From: Planctomycetota bacterium
Lineage (GTDB): Bacteria > Planctomycetota > Phycisphaerae > UBA1845 > JANYLN01
Assembly (NCBI GenBank): GCA_025357795.1
Contig: JANYLN010000049.1
Span: forward strand, 1 to 45,403
DNA length: 45,403 nt
Direction of reading: 5' to 3'
Shown here: positions 10,856 to 19,668 of the stretch, in pieces
How the letters are laid out: every line of letters starts with the position of its first letter
Numbering within the stretch: the first letter of the stretch is position 1
Notes under the pieces: generated by a model
The model's input: the letters and a program-made list of their open reading frames with translations, nothing else
Told to the model about the DNA's origin: nothing
Database searches by the model: none
Program-made: the position numbers and the translations under genes

Positions 10856-11782
10856 ATGGCCAAGACTGTGATCCTGTTTCCGGGGCAGGGAGCCCAAAGG
10901 GTCGGCATGATGGCCGACGTGGCGGCCGGGAGCCCCGCAGGCAAGGCGATCTTTGATACGGCGAACGCCGTTCTGGGCTTCGACCTGGCTTCGATCTGCT
11001 TTGGCGGCCCGGAGGAGAGGCTCAACGCGACGGACGTAGCGCAGCCGGCGCTGTTTGCGGCGAGCGTAGCGATGTGGAAGGCGCTGGAGGCGGCGGGCCT
11101 GACGGAGCAGTACAAGCCAGACGGTGCGGCGGGCCTGAGCCTGGGCGAGTATACGGCGCTGTGGCTGGCGGGGTGTTTTTCGTTCGAGGACGGCCTGCGG
11201 ATCGTGCGGGCCCGGGGCGAGCTGATGCAAGCGGCGGCCGTGGCATCGCCAAGCGGTATGGTCTCGATCATGGGCCTGGATGAGCCGGCTGTGGTCGAGT
11301 TGTGCGGTAAGGCGCGGCAGGGGGCTGAGGTGCTCTCGCCGGCGAACTTCAACTGCCCGGGGCAGATTGTGGTGTCGGGCAGCGCGGCGGCGTGCGAGCG
11401 GGTGGTTCCGCTGACGGAGGCGGCTGGGGGCAAGGCGATCCCGCTGAAGGTGGCGGGGGCGTTCCATAGCGAGCTGATGCGGCCTGCAGCGGAAAAACTT
11501 GCGGTCGTGCTGGCGGGGGTGAAGATACAGGCCCCGACGATGCCAGTGCTCAGTAATGTGACCGGCACGTATCATGAATGCAATCCGGAGCGGATCCGTC
11601 AGTTGCTCGTCGAGCAGGTGACGCAGTCGGTCCGCTGGGAGCAGGATATTCGGCAATTGCTGGCTGACAGATACGGGCGGTTTGTCGAGGTCGGCCCGGG
11701 CCGGGTGCTGACGGGGCTGCTGAGAAAGATCGAGCGCAAGGCCGAGGCGGTGAATATCAGCGATGCGGCAGCGCTGAAGTAG
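10856..11782 (+). CDS. fabD: Malonyl-CoA:ACP transacylase
   Basis: FPGQGAQ, GLSLGEY, GAFHS, EVGPG. Confidence 0.97.
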   Translation: MAKTVILFPGQGAQRVGMMADVAAGSPAGKAIFDTANAVLGFDLASICFGGPEERLNATDVAQPALFAASVAMWKALEAAGLTEQYKPDGAAGLSLGEYTALWLAGCFSFEDGLRIVRARGELMQAAAVASPSGMVSIMGLDEPAVVELCGKARQGAEVLSPANFNCPGQIVVSGSAAACERVVPLTEAAGGKAIPLKVAGAFHSELMRPAAEKLAVVLAGVKIQAPTMPVLSNVTGTYHECNPERIRQLLVEQVTQSVRWEQDIRQLLADRYGRFVEVGPGRVLTGLLRKIERKAEAVNISDAAALK

Positions 11783-11870
11783 GACCGGTACTCAGGACTG
11801 AGAGCGGCAACAAAAGCAACACGCGGCCCCGCAAGCGGGTCGGCCAGCAGGCGTGGGCGTGGAGGATACG

Positions 11871-12620
11871 GTGAACGAACTAGCAGGCCAGGTGGCGGTG
11901 GTAACAGGCGGTTCGCAGGGCATTGGCAAGGCCATCTGCCTGATGCTGGCTCGGCAGGGGGCTACGGTGGTGGCGTGCGCCCGCAAGGTGGAGAAGCTGC
12001 AGGCCGTTGCCGAGGAAGCCGCCAAGCAGTGTCTGAGCGGCAAGGTTCAGCCGTACCCACTGGACGTGACGGATCGCGAAGCCATCGACAAGATGGTCGA
12101 GGACGTGATCGCCCAGCACAGCAAGATTGATGTGCTGGTCAACAATGCGGGGATCACGAAAGACGGTCTCATGCTGAACATGGAAGACGAGCAGTTCGAG
12201 GCGGTCCTGACGACCAACCTCCGCTCGGCCTTCTGGACGGTCCGGGCCGTAAGCAAGTACATGGTGCGGGCGCGGTTCGGGCGGATCATCAATATTTCGA
12301 GCGTCTCGGGCGTGATGGGCAACGCCGGTCAGAGCAATTACGCGGCATCCAAGGCGGGGCTGATCGGATTCACCAAGTCGGTCGCCAAGGAGCTTGCCAA
12401 GCGCAATATCACCTGTAACGCGATCGCTCCGGGGTTTGTCATGACGGAGATGACCGACGTACTGCCGGAGAAGGTGAAAGAGATCGTCAAGCCGCTGATT
12501 CCGATGAATCGCTTCGGCGAGCCGGACGACATTGCGTCGGCGGCGGCGTTTCTGGCCGGGTCGGGCGCCAAGTATATCACCGGGCAGGTGTTGGTGGTGG
12601 ACGGCGGGCTGTGTATGTGA
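11871..12620 (+). CDS. fabG: 3-oxoacyl-ACP reductase
   Basis: [24 protein letters not shown]; GTG start after GGAGG. Confidence 0.96.
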   Translation: MNELAGQVAVVTGGSQGIGKAICLMLARQGATVVACARKVEKLQAVAEEAAKQCLSGKVQPYPLDVTDREAIDKMVEDVIAQHSKIDVLVNNAGITKDGLMLNMEDEQFEAVLTTNLRSAFWTVRAVSKYMVRARFGRIINISSVSGVMGNAGQSNYAASKAGLIGFTKSVAKELAKRNITCNAIAPGFVMTEMTDVLPEKVKEIVKPLIPMNRFGEPDDIASAAAFLAGSGAKYITGQVLVVDGGLCM

Positions 12621-12664
12621 TGTAATGTCTTTCCGGGCAAGGCCCCGGGGTTGGTGGCCGCGTC

Positions 12665-12693
12665 TTGCAAGGGGCCCAGCCGGTAAGTATAGT
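12665..12693 (+). promoter_or_regulatory. Putative internal sigma70 promoter for acpP-fabF
   Basis: TTGCAA-17bp-TATAGT. Confidence 0.55.
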
Positions 12694-12777
12694 GTCGCGT
12701 CTATCGCAGACGCGATGGTTCGACTAGAGAGTTCTATCGCAAGGGCAACAATACTCATGAGTCAGGAGGATACCAAC

Positions 12778-13032
12778 GTGGCGTCCGAAAAGGAGGTCGA
12801 GGAAAAGGTCATTTCGATCGTCAGCGAGCAGCTCGGTGTGGACAAGGCTGAGATTTCCCGCGAAACCTCCTTCGTCAACGACCTGAACGCTGACAGCTTG
12901 GATACGGTCGAACTGATCATGGAACTCGAAGACGCGTTTGAGATGAGCATTCCCGACGAGGAGGCCGAGAAAATCCAGACGGTTGGACAGGCTGTCAATT
13001 ACATCGTCCAGCACCTGAACGCCAAGAAGTAG
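12778..13032 (+). CDS. acpP: Acyl carrier protein
   Basis: [12 protein letters not shown] phosphopantetheine site; GTG start after AGGAGG. Confidence 0.97.
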   Translation: MASEKEVEEKVISIVSEQLGVDKAEISRETSFVNDLNADSLDTVELIMELEDAFEMSIPDEEAEKIQTVGQAVNYIVQHLNAKK

Positions 13033-13084
13033 TCGGCGGCGGGCACCGGATGAGGTTCGGCTCTAAAGTTTACAGGATTGTGGA

Positions 13085-14326
13085 ATGACCGGAAGACGTG
13101 TGGTCATAACCGGCCTGGGTGTGGTTACGCCCCTGGGCTGCGACGTCAAGATGTTCTGGCAGCGGCTGTTGAGCGGGTGCAGCGGCATTGGCCCGATCAC
13201 CAGCTTCGACGCCAGCAAGTTTGACGTGCGCTTCGGCGGCGAGTGCCGGGAGTTTGACCCGGAGCAGTACATCGATCGCAAGCAGGTCAAGCGGATCGAC
13301 CGCTTCGCCCAGTTCGCGATCGCCGGGGCGATCCAGGCGGCCAAGGACAGCGGCCTCGACTTTGCCAAGGAAGTGCCCGACCGCATGGGTGTGATCATCG
13401 GGTCGGGCATTGGTGGGCTGCGCGAACTGGAAGAGCAGCACAAGCGCATGCTGGAAAAGGGCCCGGACAAGATCAGTGCCTTTACCATTCCCAAGCTGAT
13501 GGTCAATGCGGCCAGCGGCAACGTCTCGATTCTGTTCGGGGCGCAGGGGCCGAGCACAGCGGTGGCGACGGCGTGTGCGTCGGCCGCTAATGCGATGGCA
13601 GATGCCTTCAAGGCCATCGCCCGTGACGAGGCGGACATCATGTTCACCGGCGGGACCGAGGCGGCTCTGACGGAGCTGGGCGTGGCGGCGTTTGCCGCCA
13701 TGAAAGCCCTGTCGGAGCGCAACGACGATCCGCAGCGGGCGAGCCGGCCGTTCGACAAAGACCGGGACGGATTCGTCATGGGCGAAGGCGCGGGTATCCT
13801 CATCCTCGAGGAACTCGAGCACGCAAAGGCCCGCGGCGCAAACATCTACGCCGAGTTGGTCGGCTATGGTGTCAGTTCGGATGCGTTCCATATCACGCAG
13901 CCCGAGACCGAGGGTACTGGCGGCGGCAAAGCGATGCGGATGGCGCTGGCCGATGCGGGCATGGGTCCGGACAACATCGACTACATCAACGCCCACGGCA
14001 CTAGCACGCCGCTGGGGGACATCGCCGAGACCAAGGCGGTCAAGGCGGTGTACGGTGCGGCGGCCCGGAAGGTCGCCATCAGCAGCACCAAGAGCTGCAT
14101 CGGCCATCTGCTGGGTGCAAGCGGGGGCGTGGAGATGATCGCGACGATTCTGGCCCTGCGGGACCAAGTTGCTCCGCCGACGATCAATCTGGACACGCCA
14201 GATCCAGAGTGCGACCTGGATTACGTGCCAAATCAGCCCCGGCCGATGAAGATCGAGGCGGCGATGAGCAACTCGTTCGGCTTCGGCGGGCACAACGCGT
14301 CGCTGATAGTCTGCAAGTACCGGTGA
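13085..14326 (+). CDS. fabF: 3-oxoacyl-ACP synthase II
   Basis: RRVVITGLG, TACAS, NAHGTST, GHLLGA, SNSFGFGGHN. Confidence 0.98.
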   Translation: MTGRRVVITGLGVVTPLGCDVKMFWQRLLSGCSGIGPITSFDASKFDVRFGGECREFDPEQYIDRKQVKRIDRFAQFAIAGAIQAAKDSGLDFAKEVPDRMGVIIGSGIGGLRELEEQHKRMLEKGPDKISAFTIPKLMVNAASGNVSILFGAQGPSTAVATACASAANAMADAFKAIARDEADIMFTGGTEAALTELGVAAFAAMKALSERNDDPQRASRPFDKDRDGFVMGEGAGILILEELEHAKARGANIYAELVGYGVSSDAFHITQPETEGTGGGKAMRMALADAGMGPDNIDYINAHGTSTPLGDIAETKAVKAVYGAAARKVAISSTKSCIGHLLGASGGVEMIATILALRDQVAPPTINLDTPDPECDLDYVPNQPRPMKIEAAMSNSFGFGGHNASLIVCKYR

Positions 14327-14357
14327 ACCAAGTTCGTACAGATAACCGATAATAAGG

Positions 14358-14391
14358 AAGGGCTTGCCCCGGTGGGTAAGCCCTTTGTTTT
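14358..14391 (+). terminator. Intrinsic terminator after fabF
   Basis: aagggcttgccc/gggtaagccctt stem followed by tgtttt. Confidence 0.8.
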
Positions 14392-14421
14392 AGATTTACA
14401 ATATCGGATTATCTACCGCGT

Positions 14422-14895
14422 ATGGCTGGAACGCAAGCAGAGATCGATGCCCTGCTGGCTGAGGCGCAGACCCTGGCGGCGACGTCTGAGGCAGGCGGGG
14501 ATGCTGGGCCGACGAGCCCTGCCCTTGCAGCGGCGACAGTGGTTGCCGGGGCAGGAACCTTGGCGTCGGGCGGTGCTTCGTCCGGGGCGAGGTCGGCGCC
14601 GGGCGGGTGGAACCGGCCAGGCAACGAGCGGATGGGGCGGATTCTGCAGATCAAGGTTCCGCTGATGGTGGTGCTGGCGCAGCGGAAGATGCCGGTCCGC
14701 GAGATTCTGAGCATGTGCATCGGCTCGATCATCGAGTTCGACAAACCCTTCGACGAAGAACTGGAATTGCTGGTTAATAATCGTTCGATCGCGTTTGGCC
14801 ACGCGGTCAAGATCGGCGAAAACTTCGGTCTGCGGATCTCGCGGATCGGGGATGTTCGCGCGCGGATCGATGCCCTTCGGTCGGAAGTGGACTGA
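14422..14895 (+). CDS. FliM/FliN (SpoA) C-terminal domain protein with FliM-like N-terminal peptide
   Basis: C-terminal IGSIIEFDK..LELLVNN..GHAVKIGENFGLRI SpoA pattern; N-terminal QAEIDALL. Confidence 0.85.
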   Translation: MAGTQAEIDALLAEAQTLAATSEAGGDAGPTSPALAAATVVAGAGTLASGGASSGARSAPGGWNRPGNERMGRILQIKVPLMVVLAQRKMPVREILSMCIGSIIEFDKPFDEELELLVNNRSIAFGHAVKIGENFGLRISRIGDVRARIDALRSEVD

Positions 14896-15062
14896 CAGGG
14901 CTTGTCACCAGCGGCGAATGAGTGTCATTTTGTCTGCGACTCTGTCGGATTACCTCTTGCGTGCGCTTTATTGGCAACCGTTTGAGGCTTACCGAGTTAT
15001 GAGGCCGTGTCGGCGAGGGAATGGCGAGCGGGGCCAACTTGGATTGTCGCTCCATTTTTGTG

Positions 15063-15090
15063 TTGACTCGTCCGCCTGGAATGGTAATGT
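15063..15090 (+). promoter_or_regulatory. Putative sigma70 promoter with extended -10, not followed by a CDS
   Basis: TTGACT-16bp-(TGG)TAATGT; predicted TSS ~15097. Confidence 0.55.
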
Positions 15091-15096
15091 TGACAT

Positions 15097-15247
15097 AGGA
15101 GCAGGGCGTAGTGCCGCGAAGATCCGGGCTGCTCGAAAAACCCCGGAATAGCCCTTAAAGCGAGCGCCCATGCGCGCGGTGTGCCGGTGCGTACGGCACC
15201 AAACAGCAATAGGGCAATAGCGGCAAGTCGCCCTGCTTCTCTTTTTT
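15097..15247 (+). ncRNA. Candidate structured non-coding RNA, family not recognised
   Basis: 5' AGGAGCAGGGCG/TGCCGC pairs with 3' GCGGCA/CGCCCTGCTTCT; internal hairpins; upstream promoter; downstream T6. Confidence 0.55.
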
Positions 15248-15312
15248 GTTTAACGACGTATGCTACGGAAACGACACGGGTTGCGTTTGCGTTGGCTGCG
15301 GTGATTCCTGAC

Positions 15313-15354
15313 ATAAGACGACCCGCGACAGATGGCTGCCGCGGGTCGTCTTAT
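15313..15354 (-). terminator. Hairpin/terminator downstream of ilvC
   Basis: 15-bp perfect stem ataagacgacccgcg/cgcgggtcgtcttat. Confidence 0.75.
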
Positions 15355-15398
15355 ATCCAACTTAACGACTGCAGTATTCCAGAATCCGCCATGGTGTT

Positions 15399-16403
15399 CT
15401 AGAATTCCTTTGCGTTGATCCACTTCATCATCTTGCGCAAACGCCGGCCAACGACCTCGAGCGGGTGTGTTTTATCGGCCTGTTCCAGGGCGTTGAACAT
15501 CGGCTTGCCGACCTGGCACTCGAGGAGCCAATCGCGGGCGAACTGGCCGGTCTGAATTTCCTTGAGGATCTTGACCATTTCCTTGCGGGTCTCGTCGGTG
15601 ACGATCCGGGGGCCGCGGGTGAGGTCGCCGTACGTGGCGGTGTTGGAGACGCTGTAGCGCATGTAGCTGATGCCGCCCTGGTAGAACAGGTCGACGATGA
15701 GCTTCATCTCGTGCATGCACTCGAAGTAGGCCAACTCCTCGGGATAGCCGGCGTTTACGAGCGTTTCGAAGGCGGCCTTGATGAGGGCGGAGACGCCGCC
15801 GCAGAGGACGACCTGCTCGCCGAAGAGGTCGGTTTCGGTCTCGTCCTTGAAGGTGGTCTCGATGACGCCGGCGCGGGTGCCGCCGATACCGGTGGCCCAG
15901 GCGAGGGCGATCTGGCGGGCCTTACCGGTGGCGTCCTTGTGGATGGCGACGAGGTTGGGGACGCCGCCGCCGCGTTCGAACTCACTGCGGACGAGGTGAC
16001 CCGGACCTTTCGGAGCGATCAGGACGACATCGACGCCTTCGGGGGCGACGATCTGGCCGAAGTGGATGTTAAAGCCGTGCGTGAAACCCAAGGCTGCGCC
16101 GGGCTTTAGATTTGGAGCGATCTCGTTGCGGTAGATCGGTCCCTGCGTTTCGTCGGGCAGGGCGAGGATGACCAGGTCCGCGACTTTGACGGCCTCGGAG
16201 ATGGGCAGGGGGGCGAAGCCGTGCTGTTTGGCGAGGTCGTAGTTTTTGGAGCCCGGGCGCTGGCCTATGACGACCTTGAGGCCGCTGTCACGCATGTTGA
16301 GTGAGTGGGCGTGGCCCTGGCTGCCGTAGCCTAGTACGGCAACGGTTTTGCCCTTGAGGGGGTCGAGGGAGGCGTCTTTTTCGTAATAAATAGTTACCGG
16401 CAT
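15399..16403 (-). CDS. ilvC: Ketol-acid reductoisomerase (class I)
   Basis: [26 protein letters not shown]; start [10 protein letters not shown]. Confidence 0.98.
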   Translation of the reverse strand: MPVTIYYEKDASLDPLKGKTVAVLGYGSQGHAHSLNMRDSGLKVVIGQRPGSKNYDLAKQHGFAPLPISEAVKVADLVILALPDETQGPIYRNEIAPNLKPGAALGFTHGFNIHFGQIVAPEGVDVVLIAPKGPGHLVRSEFERGGGVPNLVAIHKDATGKARQIALAWATGIGGTRAGVIETTFKDETETDLFGEQVVLCGGVSALIKAAFETLVNAGYPEELAYFECMHEMKLIVDLFYQGGISYMRYSVSNTATYGDLTRGPRIVTDETRKEMVKILKEIQTGQFARDWLLECQVGKPMFNALEQADKTHPLEVVGRRLRKMMKWINAKEF

Positions 16404-16621
16404 TGTGTTTGTCTCCAACAGTAAACTGCGTCGAGGTTTGAACCCTGGGCCGTCCAGTGGACGGCCGCACCAACCGCAACAAAGGCCGAGCCTTATGTGC
16501 GGCACACGCACCTGGCGCCAGGTTCTGCCTCTGCGGGTACGCACGGCATGGGGGCTGAGGGCGGGGTCGCCGCCGTCAGCGACTTGGCGTTGCAGGCATC
16601 CGTACATCTTTGAGGGAGACC

Positions 16622-16649
16622 AGTATAGTCGGCTTGGGTGCGGCCGCAA
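16622..16649 (-). promoter_or_regulatory. Putative ilvC promoter
   Basis: TTGCGG-16bp-TATACT on the minus strand. Confidence 0.4.
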
Positions 16650-16788
16650 AGGCAATCGGTGCGGGAGGTTGCCGAGGCAAGCGGTGTGCGGCATGGACTT
16701 TGGCCGCCAGGGACCTAGGATCTGTGTTCGAGCTGGAGTGCGTCGGGTACCGGCCATAAAGATGTTGGGTCAAAGTGGTTGCCGGTTG

Positions 16789-16817
16789 TTGACCGTGATT
16801 GGCGCCGACAGTAGCAT
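16789..16817 (+). promoter_or_regulatory. Putative atp operon promoter
   Basis: TTGACC-17bp-TAGCAT, ~100 nt upstream of the first atp gene. Confidence 0.5.
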
Positions 16818-16920
16818 CGTGGTTTCTTTGCTGGTCGGGCAGCCGAGGCGTGGTGCCGCGACCCGCAGAGCGGAAATTCCCGTAAATGCTGGATCTGCCT
16901 GACGATGGAGCCCAAAATCA

Positions 16921-17178
16921 ATGTCTCCTTCGGAGCCGCCACGTGAGTCGCAGACGCCCTGGTCCCGGTATGCGGGGATGGGATTCGAGTTTGCCGCGGC
17001 TATTGGCGCGTTCATGCTGATGGGCTGGTGGGTCGATCGGCACTGGGGAATTGAAGGGCGCAAGGGACTGCTGATCGGGACGTTGATTGGTGTGATCGGT
17101 GGGACCTATAACTTCATCCGCGAGGCGGTTGGGGCGTTGCGGGAGAGTGAGCGGCAGGGAAGAAAGAAGCGGCCCTGA
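16921..17178 (+). CDS. AtpZ/AtpI-family small membrane protein
   Basis: GMGFEFAAAI..GWWVDRHWG..GTLIGVIGGTYN two-TM pattern at the head of the atp operon. Confidence 0.85.
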   Translation: MSPSEPPRESQTPWSRYAGMGFEFAAAIGAFMLMGWWVDRHWGIEGRKGLLIGTLIGVIGGTYNFIREAVGALRESERQGRKKRP

Positions 17179-17187
17179 ACGGCAGAC

Positions 17188-17408
17188 GGGATTCTGGAGC
17201 CGGCGGGTCTGCCACCAACGGCGCCACCAAACAGGTCTGGGCCACTCGAGCGCAGCGTGAAGCTGGGCTGGATGCGGGAGCTGGGCGGGAGCCGCGAGAG
17301 GGATTCGGACAGGGCGTGGGTGCCACCAACGGCGCCCGTGAAGAGGTCTGTGAAAAGTGAGCCCGGCGTGAAGCTGGGCGGGCTGGGCGAGCTGGGCTGG
17401 GTGCGGCT
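17188..17408 (+). repeat. Two tandem ~112-bp copies of repeat R1 (copies 2 and 3)
   Basis: Both units start gggatt and share tgccaccaacggcgcc, aggtctg, gcgtgaagctgggc and gagctgggc; copy 2 matches 151-257. Confidence 0.9.
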
Positions 17409-17864
17409 GTGAAGGATGACAACAAAGGTTTGACGGGGCGGATCGAGTCACTTACGCCTCGCGGGATGTGGAAGGCGGGAGTGGGTGTTTCGGCGGCGGC
17501 GGTGCTGGCGGTCAGCGGTGCCGCTGTGTTTGTTTTGCAGGGGACGCGGGCGTGGGTCGGCTGGGAGCCCGTGCTGTTGGCGATGGCGATCATCGGATTC
17601 ATGCCGGTGGTGGGGCTGTGGCCCCTGGGTCGATGTGATCCGTCGGATAGCAAGCGTATTTCCAAAGCTGCGTATAGTGGAACGCCGATTCGAATGGTTA
17701 CGGCAGGGGTGTTGGGCCTTGTGGTGATCCTGAGCTTGGCGGATCGGCCTGGCCGGATGGCGTTCGGCGTGTGGCTGGGCGGGCTGTACGTGGTGTCCTT
17801 ATTGGCGGAAACGGTCGTTCTGGCTGTGTGGCTTCACAGCCGAGGCGGCGTTACGAGAGTCTAA
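17409..17864 (+). CDS. ATP synthase subunit I-like 4-TM membrane protein
   Basis: Four hydrophobic segments; position directly before atpB; start uncertain (GTG 17409 or ATG 17466). Confidence 0.65.
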   Translation: MKDDNKGLTGRIESLTPRGMWKAGVGVSAAAVLAVSGAAVFVLQGTRAWVGWEPVLLAMAIIGFMPVVGLWPLGRCDPSDSKRISKAAYSGTPIRMVTAGVLGLVVILSLADRPGRMAFGVWLGGLYVVSLLAETVVLAVWLHSRGGVTRV

Positions 17865-17869
17865 CGAAT

Positions 17870-18784
17870 ATGCAACCGTGGCTGTTTCTAGCTGAGATGA
17901 ATCCGCTGACGCACGTGGTGCAGCATCCGTGGAAGCAGTTGCACTTCACGATGGGCGGCAAGCCTCTGACTTTCACGGTGATGAGCAACCAGATTCTGAT
18001 GGAGATCGTCGCGGCGCTGCTGCTGGTGGTGGTATTCGTGCCGATGTTCCGGCGGCTGCGGGCGAGCCAGAGCGATCCGAAGGGGCTGGTGCCTCACGGG
18101 GTGCCGAACTTCGTCGAGGCGGTGTGCGAGTTTTTCCGGCAGAACCTGGGCAAGCCGCAACTGGGCGAGTACACGGACCGGCTGATGCCGCTCATTTGGA
18201 CGGTCTTCTTCTTCATTCTGACGTGCAACCTGCTGGGGTTGCTGCCGATCGCCGCATTTACGGAGCCGTGGCTGAAGGGGACGCCGATCGGCGGGACGCC
18301 GACGGCGAACATCTGGATGAACGGCACGCTGGCGTTCTTCGCTCTGATTGCGATCCTGGTGACGGGGTTCGGCGCGCAGGGGTTGGGGTATCTGAAGCAC
18401 TTCCTGCCGGGGCCGTGGTGGCTGGCGCCGCTGCTGATCCCGGTGGAGATCATGGGGCTGCTGGCGAAGATCGTGGCGCTGGCGGTGCGATTGTTCGCGA
18501 ACATGCTGGCGGGGCATTTGCTGCTGGCGATCCTGTTGGCGCTGGTACAGATGGCGATCCTGGGCATTGGGCTGGCGGGCGGGCTGGCGATCGGCGCGGC
18601 GGTGGTGGTCGGGAGCATCGCGATCAACCTGCTGGAGCTGTTCGTGGCGTTCCTGCAGGCGTTCATCTTCACGTTCCTGGTGATCGTGTTCCTGGGGCAG
18701 GCGGTGCATCATGAGGAGCACGGGCATGGACACGAGAAGGACGAGGATCTGGCGGTGGAGGGGATTCAGCCGCCCCCTGCGTGA
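17870..18784 (+). CDS. atpB: F0 subunit a
   Basis: NLLGLLP, TPTANI, LAVRLFANMLAGH, LELFVAFLQAFIF. Confidence 0.97.
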   Translation: MQPWLFLAEMNPLTHVVQHPWKQLHFTMGGKPLTFTVMSNQILMEIVAALLLVVVFVPMFRRLRASQSDPKGLVPHGVPNFVEAVCEFFRQNLGKPQLGEYTDRLMPLIWTVFFFILTCNLLGLLPIAAFTEPWLKGTPIGGTPTANIWMNGTLAFFALIAILVTGFGAQGLGYLKHFLPGPWWLAPLLIPVEIMGLLAKIVALAVRLFANMLAGHLLLAILLALVQMAILGIGLAGGLAIGAAVVVGSIAINLLELFVAFLQAFIFTFLVIVFLGQAVHHEEHGHGHEKDEDLAVEGIQPPPA

Positions 18785-18944
18785 TGGCAACGGAAGATCG
18801 TCCTTCGCGTGCTAAGGACGGCAAAGACAGAGCAGACAACTGCCGTGGCTGGAGGAGCGGGATCCGGCCTGTGGCCGAGACGAGGCATCGGCATACGAAG
18901 GAGCGCCCTGGTCCCGCGGGCGCAGCGATACAGGAGATAGTTGG

Positions 18945-19310
18945 ATGAGCAGGTTTACAGCGAAGACGTTGCTTGCCCTGATCGTGATGGGCTATGTGCT
19001 GATGCTGGCCAGTCCGGCGATGGCACAGACCCCGGCGGCTCCGGCAGAAGGGGCGGCCGCGGCGGCGTCGCACGCGGTGTTTCTGGACAGCGCGGGCGCG
19101 AAGGCGTTGGGCGGGGCGATCGGCGCGGGGCTGGTGATCATGGGCGGTGCGAAGGGCATCAGCCAGATCGGCAGTTCGGCGGTCGAGAGCATTGCGCGGC
19201 AGCCGGAGGTGGCGGGCCAGGTCAACACCGCGATGATCATCACCGCGGCGATGATTGAAGGTGCCACGCTGTTCGGCGTGATCGTGGCGCTGTTGGCGGT
19301 GATCGGGTAG
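18945..19310 (+). CDS. atpE: F0 subunit c with N-terminal signal-peptide-like extension
   Basis: GAIGAGLVIMGGAKGI, ARQPE loop, MIEG carboxylate (no Na+-binding E-S/T motif). Confidence 0.95.
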   Translation: MSRFTAKTLLALIVMGYVLMLASPAMAQTPAAPAEGAAAAASHAVFLDSAGAKALGGAIGAGLVIMGGAKGISQIGSSAVESIARQPEVAGQVNTAMIITAAMIEGATLFGVIVALLAVIG

Positions 19311-19487
19311 AGACGATACGCAAGGGCGGCCGTCCGGGAGACCGGACGGCTGATCCGCGTGGCCCTTCCGTCGGCCGGAGCGCTGTCGAAACGACAGCGG
19401 GATGGCGCCATGGCGATGGCGGGGTTGGGCGGATCGGAACGGCGTGTGTGATCGTTGTTACTCGTTTCGATAACAACGGCAACAACG

Positions 19488-19516
19488 ACCAAGAGCCGCC
19501 AACGGCGGCTCTTGGT
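19488..19516. repeat. Perfect 13-bp hairpin in the atpE-atpF spacer
   Basis: accaagagccgcc-aac-ggcggctcttggt; a second perfect 9-bp stem lies at 19559-19581. Confidence 0.85.
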
Positions 19517-19668
19517 TGAATACGCACACAAGAGGAAACGACGAGCGGCCACGGATCCCCGGTGGCCAGAACGGCCACCGGCATTGGGTGATGTTTTGAC
19601 GCCCCGGTGGGGCTAACGGCAGCAGCAACAGAAGCTGAGAATAAGCACGCGAACCTGGAGGCAGCACA

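Noticed and set aside
14328-14352. Sigma28-like promoter (CCAAGTTC..ACCGATAA) before the FliN-like gene
   Set aside because: Spacing is 2 bp short of consensus and it lies upstream of the fabF terminator
16404-16620. Attenuator leader peptide or T-box for ilvC; T-loop-like GGTTCAAACC near 16435-16445
   Set aside because: No Ile/Leu/Val-rich leader, no T-box motif and no cloverleaf
17188-17408. Possible CRISPR array
   Set aside because: Only two degenerate ~112-bp units, no repeat-spacer pattern and no cas genes
16918-17451. ORFs sharing the peptide HPAQLHAAL.WPRPVWWRRWWQTRRLQ (also 45-383)
   Set aside because: The similarity comes from DNA repeat R1 read antisense; no RBS or codon evidence of a protein
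18945-19310. Na+-coupled or N-type ATPase
   Set aside because: The c subunit lacks the Na+ motif, and gene order is the standard F-type with atpH present
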